64,000 nt of DNA from Octopus bimaculoides (Eukaryota). The position numbers were made by a program, and so were the translations under genes. The notes beneath the pieces were generated by a model. It did not search any database, had not been told where the DNA came from, and saw only the letters and a list, made by a program, of their open reading frames with translations. Of the stretch, positions 23,047 through 37,799 are shown in pieces. How positions within the stretch are numbered: the stretch's first letter is position 1; each line of letters begins with the position of its first letter. The DNA is taken from positions 157,221,132-157,285,131 of the forward strand of contig NC_068982.1 in NCBI RefSeq assembly GCF_001194135.2, in the 5' to 3' direction.

Positions 23047-25301
23047 GTATGTAGGAGATGAGATAGAAACATAAAACAGAAAATAATATAAAGCTTCGTA
23101 AGTAATCTTAAGATTAAGTGATTATTGAGTGGATGGTTGCTACTTGGACAGTTATCTGCTTAATTGCATAGAATCATGAAACAAGGGCTTATTTTCTAAA
23201 ACACGAGATGAAGGTTGTGTGAAACATTAAAGTATAGATGGAATACAAAGAAAAAAAGTTTCACCACAACACATTGTGAGTATTTAGTAAAAGATTCAAT
23301 CGATAAAAACACAATATTTTCACACTTCAATTAATAAAATTCTTAGAAAGCATTTCTTAGACGTCATAAATTTTATATAAGATAACAATAATATATTAAA
23401 ACTGGCTAATCTCTAGAGAGTGTCTGCCACTTCTGTATATATAAAACATCTGAAGAAATATTATATTGTAAATATACACTTTACTCATACAAAAGGAAAA
23501 AACAAAAAGGAAGCTAAAGCACGTACACCGTATATCTAAAATATACCTGCAAGCACTGCTTATACATATATATGAATACAGACGCATGTACACATATGCA
23601 CACACACGGATATATATATATATATTATACTATAAGTATTATGTGTATTATGTTATATACTGATGGTGAGTCAAGGTTTATGTGTTTTCTATCTTTATTT
23701 ACTTGCAAATAACGTTGAATAATCCAATATTTCTTTTCAATAATGTTAAAATGGATACAAACCTGAATATTCTTTGTATCATACGATGCAACCTACCAGC
23801 AGATGGTTCTTGCATATAACTTATAACATTTAAACATTTGTGGAGCTCAGTCGATCGATGTGTAGGTATTAGTTGTTCCGTCAATTGAATTACCTACTAT
23901 TGACTTAATGTATAAGTGGCTGAGTATTCCGAAGATGCACGTACCTTTGACGGAATTCTCAAGTACGCTGAGAAACAGTGTGCGGTAAAGCTGTGTAGTT
24001 TCAGTTACAGCTACGATCCATCTGTCAGACTTCTATATTGCTGCTGTCCATTCAAATTCACTCCTTAGGTATAGATTGATGGAAGTAAAGAAACTCACAG
24101 TTGCCCAAGATACTACATTGTGGCATAGAACTTAGGGCAACTTCCTCATACACACACATACACATACTCACACACAAACACACACATACGTATGTGTGCG
24201 TATGTGCATGCGTTTAAGTGTGTATGTATGTATACGCATGCATGTATGTACGCATGTATATATACAACATATGTAAGTCAAACAGATATCTTGCCATTGA
24301 AAACAAGCCATCCACCTCATTGGTATGAAATCAACTGACAATGCACTAAAATCTTCGTCGCACAAATACACCGTTTCTCTTTTCTACTGCTATTGCATGT
24401 ACTACGCTTCCCGTAACCGGTCGCTTTCATGTCTTCTTCCCACAGGTACTCGCAATTCAGAAGTCTCATGTCTTATCTTTCCTCATATAGTGTCCTGCTC
24501 CTCTCGTCATACAACTAACTGTGTAAGAGAATCCTTAAAAATTGCCAGCTGACCGCTCTCGGAAATAGGATGGCCGTAGAGGCAGCTTATATGTACAGCC
24601 TCTTGCTTGAAATCTATCCAATAATATAAAATTCAAGTTCAATGAACTGTTTAATAATAAAACTCGAGATAAACACTACAAAAAATATATTATGAGGGAA
24701 GGCGATTTTAAGTTCTATTGATTGCTTTCTTATATATTGTTGCATAGAATAATTTCATCAAAGAATACGCATTTATTACTCTATTTTAACCTTGATCTTT
24801 CAACGAAACCTTCAGTTTATTCACTGAAAGGCATAAAAGCACATCATAAAGATGAGATAAACGAAAAAACTAACCTACACCTTAGAAACAATGAATATGA
24901 AAAAGACAGTAATAAATTTTCTACAGCCAAGTGAATATTGTACACCAATAAATAAAAATGAAACTCAATAGCGTATACTTTAAATGTATGTTACAGGGGT
25001 CAACTCATTCAGTAAATATAAAAGTAATTAATTATAAGTAATTAATTTCGAAGTAAATCAAAATTCCTAATGAGATAATTTACTATACATTCACGCTAAC
25101 ATTAAACACACATATACGGCATATTTCAGACAAAGCACAAATTTCAGTTATAATTAGAGTAAAAATCCAATTTAATTAGTAATTTAGATGTTTTCTACAA
25201 GAATTCTTTAATGATAATTTTTCTCTTATAAATAAATAGGTGCTAATAGATTTGTAATGAGCTGTTCTGATAAGTTCGTTGGTAAGACATGTACACACAC
25301 A

Positions 25302-25373
<72 letters not shown>

Positions 25374-26413
25374 TATTCACATACTGAAAACAGGTATGGT
25401 ATTCATTGCTTTATAGTACATACACGAGTTTTAAGTTGCCGTCGTTATTATATACCAATAGTTGAGACATTATATAATCCTGCATTCACGTCATCAGTGT
25501 TCCGCAGTAACTATATGGTGGTAGTCGTAGTGGTCATCCGTCATTCGACGTGTAGTTTAGAATCCATTTGTTTGATCAACTGAATTACCTGCTCTTGAAG
25601 TAACTTGTAAGTGGAAGAGCATCCTATAGATACGCGTACCCTTGATTTAATTCTCATACAGAATAAGTATGGCAGAGTGTGTGACATGACGTACATTTTC
25701 AATTATTTTAGAGTCCATCGATGAACAGGTATTCCTGTCAATATTTTCTGAAAATCATTCATAAGGTTAGTGGGTGCTCCGTGCCTATAGAAAATATTGA
25801 CCCCAAATTACCTACAATAGAATTGAACCCGGGACCTCGTGGTTGCGAAGTAAACTTCTTTGCCATTTGTCCATTTTCTACGTACATACAGAAATTCATT
25901 CTGACTCGCACGCACAGACGCATACGCGTACATTTTTATTCGTAAGTACCTATGTAAGTCTGTATATGTGTTTGTGTGTATGTGTGTGTGTGTTTGTGTG
26001 TGTGTATGCATGCGTATATTTGTGTGTGCGTGCGGGGGTTATTGTATCATTATATACAAATTTGTATTTCATTTGAGAACATAAACGTAATTGTTTTCAG
26101 TTTTCCCGTCGGTCACTCACTATTCCAATACATTTCTCATTACAAAGTGTTACTAGGAATTAACATTGAAAAATCACTTGGCGCATAGTATTAAAGACTT
26201 AACAAAATGGAAGTGATCTAAAATGTGAAACAATTCAAAATTTCTCAATGTTAACATTTAGGCTTCATAAAACTCAAATATTATTTGAATTAATTATGTA
26301 TGTCATTATTCGGTTTAATTCAAGGTTTCTTGCCAATAGAGAAAGAACCGGTTTCTAACCTAGATCCAAGGCTCCTTCATTGGAATTTCAACATCAACAA
26401 AGTATTTTTGCTT

Positions 26414-26558
26414 GCATGTATGTATGTATGTATGCATGAATGTATGTATGTATGTATGTATGCATGAATGTATGTATGTATGTATGCATGAATGTATGTG
26501 TGTATGTATGTATGTATGTATGTATGTATGTGTGTATGTATGTATGTATGTATGTATG
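26414..26558. repeat. (TATG)n microsatellite
   Basis: Directly visible. Confidence 0.95.
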
Positions 26559-26616
26559 TGCAGATTTGTATGTTTTATGTATATATTTCCATGCATACAC
26601 ATGCTCATATATATTT

Positions 26617-28433
26617 AAATGATAAACTTCTGGAAAGTTTTACAGATGTTTACAGTTCCATTCGAACTAGCTTTCTCCTTTCTAGTTTTGAGAAGTCTAA
26701 TTTCTCAAGACTGGTATTTAGACAGGGCCCCAATAATTACAGGTATAAACCTGAACTTGGAATCTGGATAAAGTCCCTGCAGATTTCTCAATATTTCAGC
26801 ATAGGTGTTCTCTTTTTCACTGATCTTTAGCTTTATGTTAACATCCTCTAAGCAGCCAATTGCCACAACTCTACAGTTTCTCTTCTCTATCCCAATCATT
26901 ATTTCAGGTCTGTTGTGCTTACATTTTATTGGGATCTTAACTGGGACATTCCACCAGTATACCTTTTTATTATGGTTGGCTATGGCTTCTACCATATTGT
27001 GGGTTCTCATTTCGTTGTCCGCGGGATTATCCTTCCGACGGATTTCCTTATAGAGTGTCCTAGCTACAACATAATGTCTCATCGGTAGATAATACCGTGA
27101 TGATATTTTCGGACAACTTCCTATGATGTGGGTGAACTCCGGAATGTCTACATCGGTTGTCTCATTTTATTGCATTTCCTGCATCCCTGTCCCCTTTTGT
27201 GCATCCGGTAATTGGTTGACATTTCCTGTTTCTGGATTGCAAACGCATACCCTTCAAAGTGGGAGGTAGTAATCCGGCTATTCGTACGTGATAAACTGCT
27301 TTGATGATCGATGTTACTATCGTCACGGAGCTTTCTACTGACATATCCGTGCATAGTCTCCTGCTCATATAGGCTCATCCTTTCATCTGATGATACGTTG
27401 CGGTAGAGTCTTGCAACGTCTTTGGGCATGTATTCTAAGTTATCAGACAAAGAGTTTTGTTCAAGGAGCTACATTCCAAGTCTTATGGTGTTATCAGCCT
27501 CATATATGCAAACTTGGTCAAGGGATGCATTTCGACACTTGGTGTTCAAAGAATGTCACCGAAGAGATATGAGGCATTTGTTTTCGTTTTAGGTAGAGGC
27601 GATCTACGTCACTGTTTATATGGAAATTATGTGTGCTTGTTAGTATTTTTGGGGGTTTTCACATTAATGGATCGGATCTCATCAAGCGTCCAATCGAGCA
27701 GCCCAAATGTTGGTATGAGTACTGGCACTGCAAACACATTGTGGGCCACTGTTTTATTGAATGCAGAGAGTTCTGAGGTCCAAATTGTCTTTATTCGGCT
27801 GTAACAGTCTTTAGTGACACTTGTTTTGTTACAAGTGCCATTGTAAGATATATTTTCATTCACCCCTAGATACCAGTAACATTCCTTGTCAGATACAGCG
27901 AAAACAGTCAAATCATTGATGGAGATGTTACTAGTCTGGTTTATAGGTTTCCCTTTTTCACAACCATATAACATAATTTATCCTGACCAAACTCCAACCC
28001 TACATCCTTTGAGAATGTTGTAACTAGCTCAAGGCTTTTCCATCTCATGCATATTCTTTGCAAAAAGTTTTAAGTCATCCACAAACAAAGAGTGTGTAAT
28101 TTTGGCATTCCTTGCGAACTAGTGAGATATCCTTCCGACTTCCTTAGTATGAATGACAAGGAGTTTACAGAAAGTGTAAACAGAGAAGTTGTCATATTGG
28201 AATATGCATTTGCGAAACTGTATCCTGTCAGTGATAACACACTCACACTTTTTGTTTAATGTCAAGATGGTAACCCACGATGAAGTCAGGTCAGCTATGG
28301 CTTTGACTATTCTCACTGGAACTTTAGCAAGCTGAAGGGCTACTAGCATCCATGAGTGGGGAACAGAGTCAAAGGCCTTCTTGTAGTCTAGCCACACTGA
28401 AACTAGGTTCCTCCTATGATCTGCCCCTCTGAC
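26617..28433 (-). mobile_element. 5'-truncated, frameshifted R4/Dong-like RLE non-LTR retrotransposon (RT, zinc knuckle, RLE)
   Basis: Minus-strand pieces WLDYKKAFDSVPHSW, HSLFVDDLKLFAK, YWYLGVNE, FAVPVLIPTFGLLDWT, a CRKC zinc-knuckle remnant, RHYVVARTLY and KHNRPEI...FIPVIIGAL. Multiple stops and frameshifts. Confidence 0.88.
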
Positions 28434-28446
28434 ATACATATGTATG

Positions 28447-28480
<34 letters not shown>

Positions 28481-28638
28481 TGTATGTATGTATGTATGTA
28501 TGCATGTATGTGTGTGTATGTATGTATGTATGTATTTATGTATGTATGGATGTATGGATGTATGGATGTATGGATGTATGTATGTATACGTGTAGATTTG
28601 TATGTTTTGTTTTATGTATTTCTTCTCATGCATATACT

Positions 28639-28718
<80 letters not shown>
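28434..28718. repeat. (TATG)n/(TGGA)n then (TA)n microsatellites
   Basis: Directly visible. Confidence 0.95.
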
Positions 28719-28719
<1 letters not shown>

Positions 28720-28774
28720 CCACCTATCTATCTAAATATATATACACATACATACACACACATAGATACATACT

Positions 28775-28969
28775 TTTCTACTCTAGGCACAAGACCTGAA
28801 AATTTTGGGGATGTGAGCAGTCAATTGGATCGAGCCCAGTACGCAACTGATATTTTATTTATCGACCCCGGAAGGATGAAAGGCAAAGTGGACCTCGGTA
28901 GAATTTGGACTCAGAACATAAAGACAGATGAAATACCGCTTAGCATTTCGCCCTCCGTGCTAACGTTTC
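28775..28969 (-). mobile_element. Meta-like SINE (tail A), 5' end clipped
   Basis: CTCTAGGCACAAGACCTGAAAATTTTGGGG...TTATCGACCCCGGAAGGATGAAAGGCAAAG. Confidence 0.8.
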
Positions 28970-30072
28970 TGTATATATATCTATATATATTGCTGTGCTA
29001 TATATATTACAACAATATAAGCAACAAGCTGTGTTTAGGGATAAGCGAACTTTAAGATAGTTAAAATATATTTGTGACATATTTCAACTTCTAGGGTCAA
29101 ATTCACTGCGGTCAGCGTGGAGAAACAATTGTCTGTTAAGTTAAAAAGGTGTAAAAACACTATATCTATCTAGTGCTACCCCTAATCACGGATTCCCAAA
29201 CGCTGCGTTTCTAGCTCTTTAGCCTTTATCCTAAACGATTTTAGTGTAAATCCAGTTAAACAGCAAATTCAACAGAAATTATTTCAAAACTATTCCCGTG
29301 TTATCGTTTGCCAATGTGTTTCGTAAAGTTTAAAATGCTAATGAAAATGAGCAAATACCATATGTTACTGACGCACTTGCGGACATCTTTTCCTTTCTTT
29401 TATGTATAGCATGGTCTTCACTGAATATGGTTATGTACCGAAAAGTACGGACATACATATTTTCCAAATGAGAGAATTTAGCGTTACAAAAAGAGAAGTG
29501 TGACTCAAAAAATAGCTACATACGATATCATTCCTCATATTTCAGGAATCTAAATCTTACGGGTACCACCAAAATTATTTATCTCTTAAAAGTCGATAAA
29601 GTTTTGAAAGCTAAGACTTACATTCGCAAGAGTGGATTGTTTCCTAAGGGGAAAACACTATATCACGAAATAAAATCTGAGAATTAAAATTCAATTTTTC
29701 TATTGATTATTTGGCGGTTGGTCGGAAATATAAGTTATAATATATGAAGAAATATCTATATATACATATATACATATGGTGTATGTACATATATGTGTGT
29801 TTGTGTAATGTATGTGTGTATGTTTATGCATGTGTGTTGTGTGTGTGCGCGTTCTTTGCAACATTTCTTCCGATTTTCAATGTTCTAAGTTGAAATGACA
29901 ACGAGGATAACTTTGTTTTATCTTTTCATGGCCGATAACATACAATACCAGTCAAATAATAATGTGGATAGTATCGAGTTACCTGTCCCTTCGAAATAGC
30001 TGGTCCTAGGCCTATAAATCAGAAGTTATCAAACACACACTCATACACACAGACATACACACACATATGTAT

Positions 30073-30118
<46 letters not shown>

Positions 30119-32792
30119 CCATAAATACACATTTCTAAGTGCATCAACTCATTCGACCCAACTTTATACGCTGATGCCACTGGCTCATCAACCACGATAG
30201 TTATGTGGCCAAGCAAAATCATTCGCAGTTTCTGAATGCTTCGGAATTAAAACTAGATTCCCATCCAAGATCAAAGAAGTGGAGCCATCAAAAAAGACCT
30301 AGGCATCATAAAGAAGCTGGTAAGCGTAAGTTTATTTCAGTTTTACAAAGGCATAAAAGTCTAGATATGTCTTGTTTTCTCTTTCAGGAAAAAACGGAAA
30401 ATTAATATACGATACAAAATGGACCATGTGAATGACTAGTAATGAATCGAAGTAATTGAATTCGTTCCAACGATTTAGGTCTACAGGAGGGTTTTTCCCT
30501 ACAATAGAATTAACCATGTTTCAATGAAAAATCAATATTTGAACGTAACAAGGTTGAGAAGATGGGAGACGGGTGGGATTCGAGAACTTGAATGGAGATT
30601 GCATGATCACAGCCATGAAGGATATATCGATCTTAATCCAGTTATACATTTGGGTTGGAAAAAAAGATGAGTTGATTAGCGTTTTGAAAGACCCACACCT
30701 GATGAATAAATAATTAGAAAAGTGCACTTTGTTATGGAACACTGAAACAGCCACTACATTGTTGCTAAATGCTCAAGAAACCCTCGGGTCAAAATTTCAA
30801 CTATTACATATGTTGTATTTCACGGCATTTTGTATTACTGTTATGTGTATATGTATGGTCAATATTTGACTGTAATTTGCTTCACTATGTATCATGTTTA
30901 TAGTCATGATAGTTTCTGAATTTTGCTATGTTGGCCTTAATACCTCAATACTTAAATAACACGTTTTATTTCTAATCCCGTTTAACGTTTTATGATGATA
31001 CTTACTGACGTACAAGCACACGTACAAATAATGTATGCAAATATGTATGTGTGTATATATGTATACATATTACTTAGAAACAGAAGCTGCATCTAACTCA
31101 AATTACACTCTATTGTCATAACTAAGAAAAAAAGATGCTGGGTATTGTAGGCATGCATATAGTTTGTCGGAAACAAAACAAAGTTAAATGACTTTAATAG
31201 ATCTCTCCAATAAGGCTTGACCTGAGACGAAGCTACAACACAGTATTAAAACGTTGGATAAAGTAATTACATTTATCTTTAAAATAATGTATGGTCTAGA
31301 ATGGCATATCTTTTATCCTAAGCCTACCTTACCTTTCAACGAAATAAAACAATTGCATATATTCTGAGTGTGCCAGATCAGTACTTCATATCGATCTAAC
31401 ATGATTAATTCCTTAATAATTCTTTCATTGTAGTATCATGAACTAATCTGGCGATACTCCTCATACGAAATCTAATAAGACATTCAGAAACGAAAATCCA
31501 AGCATCATAAAATTATGTGCGGTGATGAATAGATAACTATATAATAACATGTAGTGTAAAACAAATTTCGAACGCTACTACGTATGTAAATATCATATAT
31601 AGAAGTACAAAATACTTCAAATATTGACCACACATATATATATAACAATTAGTAATACAAATTGCCGTGAAATACAACATGTAAAAAGTATAGCAGTTGA
31701 AAGTCTGACTGCAGGATTTCGTTTGGGTATGAAACATAATGATACATTGTGTGTACCAGTGTTCCATAACAAAGTTAATCCTGCAAGTTTCTGATTCCTT
31801 CTTCATTAGGTGCGGATATTTTAATACCCCCAATCTGCTCATATTTATCCATCCGAAGTATGTACCCGGATTATGATATTCAATATATCCTCAACAAAGA
31901 AACGTTGTAGCCAAATCCATCTGATTTTTCATTGAAACTTGATTTCATCTCGCACTACACGATCTGATATTTACCATCATTTTGATAACATGTATTTTGA
32001 TTTTGGGAAAGTTTGCTGATATGTACTGCAATCATTTTGAACCCTCATTTGGCCAGAAAAATGTTAAAACACAAGATCTGCTCTAATAAGCACTGAACTG
32101 AGATAAAAATTTCTTACCAGGAACTTTTTACCTTATAGTTAAATATGGTGTACCATACTGGACTATATTATCCAATGTATTATAGTCTTTTTTAACAGAG
32201 TAAGATGTGACTTGACGTAAAATTTTGGATTTAGCTACTCTTTCTAACAAGTTGAACGATTATATTCCGACTCCATCATATTCTTTGGCTTATTGCCGCT
32301 AGATGTTGCCTGCTGTTGTTTCGGTACTGTTCATGCTTGATGATTAAACTGCTTAGATAACTGATATTAAGTCTGTGCTATGGCTGTTCTCGTTACTATG
32401 AAGAGAATTGGTTCCACCAATACGACACAAATGTTTGCTGTTGATGTTGATCATCATTGTTGTTGTTACCGATGATGTTGCTGAAATTATTGTTGCTTTG
32501 CATTTTCAGAGCGACAGCATCTACCTGACAACAGTTATTACATTATACAGGCACCAGATCTATTGCAGAAATACATAATATTGTTGTATGATTATTTCTT
32601 CAGTAGAGTGACGAAAATGTAATAGCAATAATGATTACAGTTAGGAATTAACATTTTATATAAATGAAAATATATAATATACACAAACAAAAGTACATAC
32701 ATGCACATATATGTATACTCTTGTATATTCAGATTTGTAGATTTAGCACGATAGCACACTGAACTACCATACACTGCAGAATTATATACATT

Positions 32793-33018
32793 CCTTGAAG
32801 TTTGCTGATAAATTCACTTACCTCGGCCGCATACTCCCCAGATCCGTGAACATTCACGATAAAGTCGACATGCGCATCACGAAAGGATGCTCAGCCTTCG
32901 AGTAGCTACGTGAAGCAGTGTGGGAGAGGAGAGGCATTAGGCTGGTCACCAAGTTGAAGTGTACAAATCAGTTGTACTTCCTAAGCTACTACACATCTGC
33001 AAGACTTGGATGGTTTAC
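32793..33018 (+). mobile_element. RTE-clade LINE fragment (post-RT region)
   Basis: DKFTYLGRIL...VDMRITKGCSAF.*LREAVWERRGIRLVTKLK, then after a frameshift VYKSVVLPKLLHICKTWMVY. Matches the RTE motif KFTYLGS...SAFGRL...VWERRGI...KVYKAVVLPTLLY.CETW. Confidence 0.8.
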
Positions 33019-34277
33019 ATGTATATATATATTTGTGTGTGTGCGCGCGTATATATATATATATATATATACACACACAGAGACATCTATATGTGTGTGT
33101 GTGTGTGTGAATAGGTTGTTAGCCAGAGGAAGGACAATGAGCTACGTTTGTGATTAGAAATAAATGTGTAAAGCACAAATACGTAAACTCTTTTGGTGAT
33201 ATGACACGCTTAATCCGACTGAACCGCTTATCCTTTCAGGGTTCCCAAAATTTATTAGTCAAGTACTGAATCNNNNNNNNNNATATATATATATATATTA
33301 ATTATTCCCTTATGAGGTTTCTCATGCGAACTACTTGATAACTTCTTATAAAGATTTTATCCTATTTTTAGATTATATATATATATATATATATACACAC
33401 ACAGAGACATCTATATGTGTGTGTGTGTGTGTGAATAGGTTGTTAGCCAGAGGAAGGACAATGAGCTACGTTTGTGATTAGAAATAAATGTGTAAAGCAC
33501 AAATACGTAAACTCTTTTGGTGATATGACACGCTTAATCCGACTGAACCGCTTATCCTTTCAGGGTTCCCAAAATTTATTAGTCAAGTACTGAATCGATC
33601 GAAGCAATTAAACGCTCGCTACATGTGTAAGGCTTAATGACTATGATGTAAATCATTGTTACAGGGCATTCAGAGGGTGGTGAGTGGTCTCTCACTCTTT
33701 TGTACTGTAGAATTGCTTCTATTATTTTACGAGTCCAAATGATGCCGCGACCAATTTTAGATTTGGTCAATCTAGGTTCGATAAAATAGCGAAGTAGTCA
33801 ATTATATGGGACTAGTAGTTAGTCCCCAAACTTCTCAGAATTGTAAGGCCCTGTACCCAAATTAAATGCGGTTAGTGCAAAACATTTAGCTGAATTAAGT
33901 GAGAGACAAAGAGAGGTATTTCATATCGATAGGAATTATAGACTTTCTCTCCCTCTCTCTCTCTCTCACCTATATGTATATATATATATATATNNNNNNN
34001 NNNNNNNNNNNNNNNNNNNNNNNNNNNNNNNNNNNNNNNNNNNNNNNNNNNNNNNNNNNNNNNNNNNNNNNNNNNNNNNNNNNNNNNNNNNNNNNNNNNN
34101 NNNNNNNNNNNNNNNNNNNNNNNNNNNNNNNNNNNNNNNNNNNNNNNNNNNNNNNNNNNNNNNNNNNNNNNNNNNNNNNNNNNNNNNNNNNNNNNNNNNN
34201 NNNNNNNNNNNNNNNNNNNNNNNNNNNNNNNNNNNNNNNNNNNNNNNNNNNNNNNNNNNNNNNNNNNNNNNNNNNNN

Positions 34278-34310
<33 letters not shown>

Positions 34311-34313
<3 letters not shown>

Positions 34314-34915
34314 GGTGCGTAAGGTATTTCAGGACATACCTTTTTGCTGCATTTTTTACTAACTCTGTATAATCTTTCTTTCAGAAAATTATAATGTCAG
34401 ACCCTCAGTTTACTCAAGAAATGAAGAGGCATACTGTTATTGTGGTTATAAAGGCTGAGCATAGCGATTTAGAAATATCTCGTCTTTAAAAGTTGCCAGA
34501 TCTTTCGTCTATAAAGTTTGTAAGGAGCGAGGGACTGAAGATGGAAACCTATCACCAGTATCAAAGCCTTAAAAGCATTCTAAACGCTCTGAACTCCTTA
34601 ATTTATCCAGCTAGTTCAAGAGATCTTTTATTACAATCCTAGAAAATCCATGAGGTCAATTGCAAAAGATCTCTATGTGTCAGAAGGAACAGTCAGAAAT
34701 GTTGTCCATGAAGACATCAGATACAAGTGTTATATGATGAGGAATGGTCAATTTGTCTGAAAAAGCAAAAGAAAATCACTACATCATATCTAAAAGGCTC
34801 TTAAACAAACCGAAAAATCCAGCATCCAGCAGAAAAAGATTTGATTCGGTTTTTCTCAAACGAGAAAACTTCAACCAAGATCAAAAATTCAACAGAAGAA
34901 ATGACAGAAGTGGCG
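34311..34915 (+). mobile_element. 5' half of a decayed Tc1/mariner-superfamily transposon
   Basis: Starts TA|CAGGGTG after (TA)n. Broken translation MKRHTVIV...NPRKSMRSIAKDL.VSEGTVRNVVHEDIRYK...RENFNQDQKFNRRNDR covers an HTH and the region of the first catalytic D. Confidence 0.7.
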
Positions 34916-36113
34916 ACAAAGAAATATAGACTCGAGGGTAGCTAGACAGCAAATTAGAAAAGGCGATTAGTGATGGCATCGCCACGGATATGCTTTAATA
35001 TAAATGATTGTTGCAAGCAAAAAATAACGTGTTTACAGAGGAAGAACACGTACTCTAAGTACTGGATATAATTGATGTAAAATTCTCCAAGAATTTGATA
35101 TGACATTTTAAGTTCTTTCTCGAAGCATCTACGTTGCATTAAATCGCTGTCAGTTTTCTTACAACAAAAGAATGGTTAGAAATTCCTTAATGTTAGAACA
35201 GAATCCAACTTCAGGTGGGCTAATTATTTTAACACTTTCATTAGCCAAAAATTTGGTGCAAACTCAACAATTCTTGACATATTTTTTAATGTCTTTCCTT
35301 TCAAAAATATGAAACTTCAAGGCAGTTCTATCATTTCCTCATTCTTTTAAGAACAACAAGTTCCTTGAAACTGGCAATATTCCTTAATTTCTGAAAGAAA
35401 GCTGATACATGTGGATGCTTACTCCAAACATTATTAGTGAAAGTAATTGAATAAATATGTGTACGAGATATAAGAATGGAAAATTGCTTGTATAATAAGT
35501 GGGGTACAATAATCAAAAGAAATGAAGAAACAACAATCGAATAAAAACGGTTAGATTATGGGTATAAGGAATAGAGTGTAAGAAGTAACTATCGATTACC
35601 AGCCAAGTGTAGGATACGTTATCGTCATTTGCTTTTATTCCTCTCTGAATTATTCTACTTCACCTTCTCTAACTGATTCACACTACACTCTGTCTCACAT
35701 ATATTTACTCATGTAACTGATCTTATTTATTCCTTGACTGTAATGCCAGCATTTGCGAGTGATTAAAGTCCTTTTTATCCTTTGAATATATGTATGTATA
35801 TAGGTACGTGTATGGGGAGAGAAAAGAAGACTGTTTATAGGTGTTCTCTATTAGTAATATGCTTCTAATTGATTTCCCCAATAATTCTTTATTTTCATTA
35901 TATAAGCTATTTTCTTTTTAAAAATTCATACCTTATTTACTTTGTTACTTTTTTAAAGACATTTCTGTTAGTATTTCAATCATCGTCGTCATTTCTTCTT
36001 CCTTTGTCATCCCTTTTTTTTCTTCTTTTTCTTCCTTCTCTCTCTTTTACTTCATTTCTTTTACTTCATTCCTTCTCCTTTTTCATATTGTTAGTGAATC
36101 TGCTGTCTCCTTA

Positions 36114-36262
36114 GTCTTCTTTTTCTTCTTCTTCTTCTTCTTCTTCTTCTTCTTCTTCTTCTTCTTCTTCTTCTTCTTCTTCTTCTTCTTCTTCTTCTTC
36201 TTTTTCTTCTTCTTCTTCTTCTTCTTCTTCTTCTTCTTCTTCTTCTTCTTCTTCTTCTTCTT
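36114..36262. repeat. (CTT)n microsatellite running into gap
   Basis: Directly visible. Confidence 0.95.
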
Positions 36263-36998
36263 NNNNNNNNNNNNNNNNNNNNNNNNNNNNNNNNNNNNNN
36301 NNNNNNNNNNNNNNNNNNNNNNNNNNNNNNNNNNNNNNNNNNNNNNNNNNNNNNNNNNNNNNNNNNNNNNNNNNNNNNNNNNNNNNNNNNNNNNNNNNNN
36401 NNNNNNNNNNNNNNNNNNNNNNNNNNNNNNNNNNNNNNNNNNNNNNNNNNNNNNNNNNNNNNNNNNNNNNNNNNNNNNNNNNNNNNNNNNNNNNNNNNNN
36501 NNNNNNNNNNNNNNNNNNNNNNNNNNNNNNNNNNNNNNNNNNNNNNNNNNNNNNNNNNNNNNNNNNNNNNNNNNNNNNNNNNNNNNNNNNNNNNNNNNNN
36601 NNNNNNNNNNNNNNNNNNNNNNNNNNNNNNNNNNNNNNNNNNNNNNNNNNNNNNNNNNNNNNNNNNNNNNNNNNNNNNNNNNNNNNNNNNNNNNNNNNNN
36701 NNNNNNNNNNNNNNNNNNNNNNNNNNNNNNNNNNNNNNNNNNNNNNNNNNNNNNNNNNNNNNNNNNNNNNNNAGACAAAGAAAGGCAAAGGAGCTAAGCC
36801 GACACAAAGACGCCCAGCTTTTGTAAACTCTAAACCATCAGGTTGATTTTTCTCTAGTTATCGTTTCCATGTTTGATCAAGAAATAAAACGTCAACATGG
36901 AAACAAAGCTTACCAAAAATAAAACACAAAAAAAAAATAGAAACGATGCTTTTCTACAAATAAACAAGCATTAGAGAATGAATGCACAAATCACAGCC

Positions 36999-37062
<64 letters not shown>

Positions 37063-37799
37063 ACACATACAAACACACAGTAAAAAGCGTAAATGCTCGC
37101 ACTGACGAACACGCGTAACTTTCGAGCACGCAAACGTATATATGCATACATGTCGGTACGTATGTATATGTGTACATGCGTATGTGTACATGTACATACA
37201 TACAGTTTTGTATTACATACACGCATACGCATAAACATGTATGATACTGAATAAAAATAGTTTTGCACAAATATATATATATATAACTGTAGACACACAC
37301 ACACATACACACACTCACACAAACGTACACACTCATACACACACACATATGAATATATATGTATATAAGAATGTATGTGTATATATATGTGTATATATGT
37401 ACGTGTGTGTGTGGGTGTATAATATATACATATATATACAAGTATATATACGCGCAGGGATAAGGTGTGCAAACACATATACATGAATCACAGATAATGT
37501 TTTAGGTTCATAAGTGCAGAGTAATATCGAAGAATTTATCAGAAATCTCTGACAACTTAGAAAGTCATGGTTTTGGTAAATCACGATTAAATGTTGCATT
37601 TTGCTCTCCATACTCGAACAAACACTTCCAACATTTACACAGCATATATATACTACCACTGTCGCCAACGATATCACCATCATACATAGTCTTTTACCTT
37701 GTGGCATCTCCTCATTTCTGTGGTCTTATGCTGTCTCTCCTCGCAGAATACAAACAGTAAAAATTAAAATATATAAATTGTATAACATACAGAAATATA

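Noticed and set aside
17747-30319. Phase-compatible chain of four candidate plus-strand exons (17747-17802, 21291-21487, 22976-23046, 30229-30319)
   Set aside because: The joined peptide resembles no protein I recognise, two of the splice sites are weak, and phase compatibility arises easily by chance.
32816-32822. Perfect minus-strand splice donor (GAG|GTAAGTG)
   Set aside because: It lies within the FTYLG codons of a plus-strand RTE LINE fragment.
33030-33600. Apparent ~240-bp exact tandem duplication (33030-33272 and ~33376-33596)
   Set aside because: The copies appear identical and straddle a 10-N gap, typical of an unmerged contig overlap; treated as an assembly artefact.
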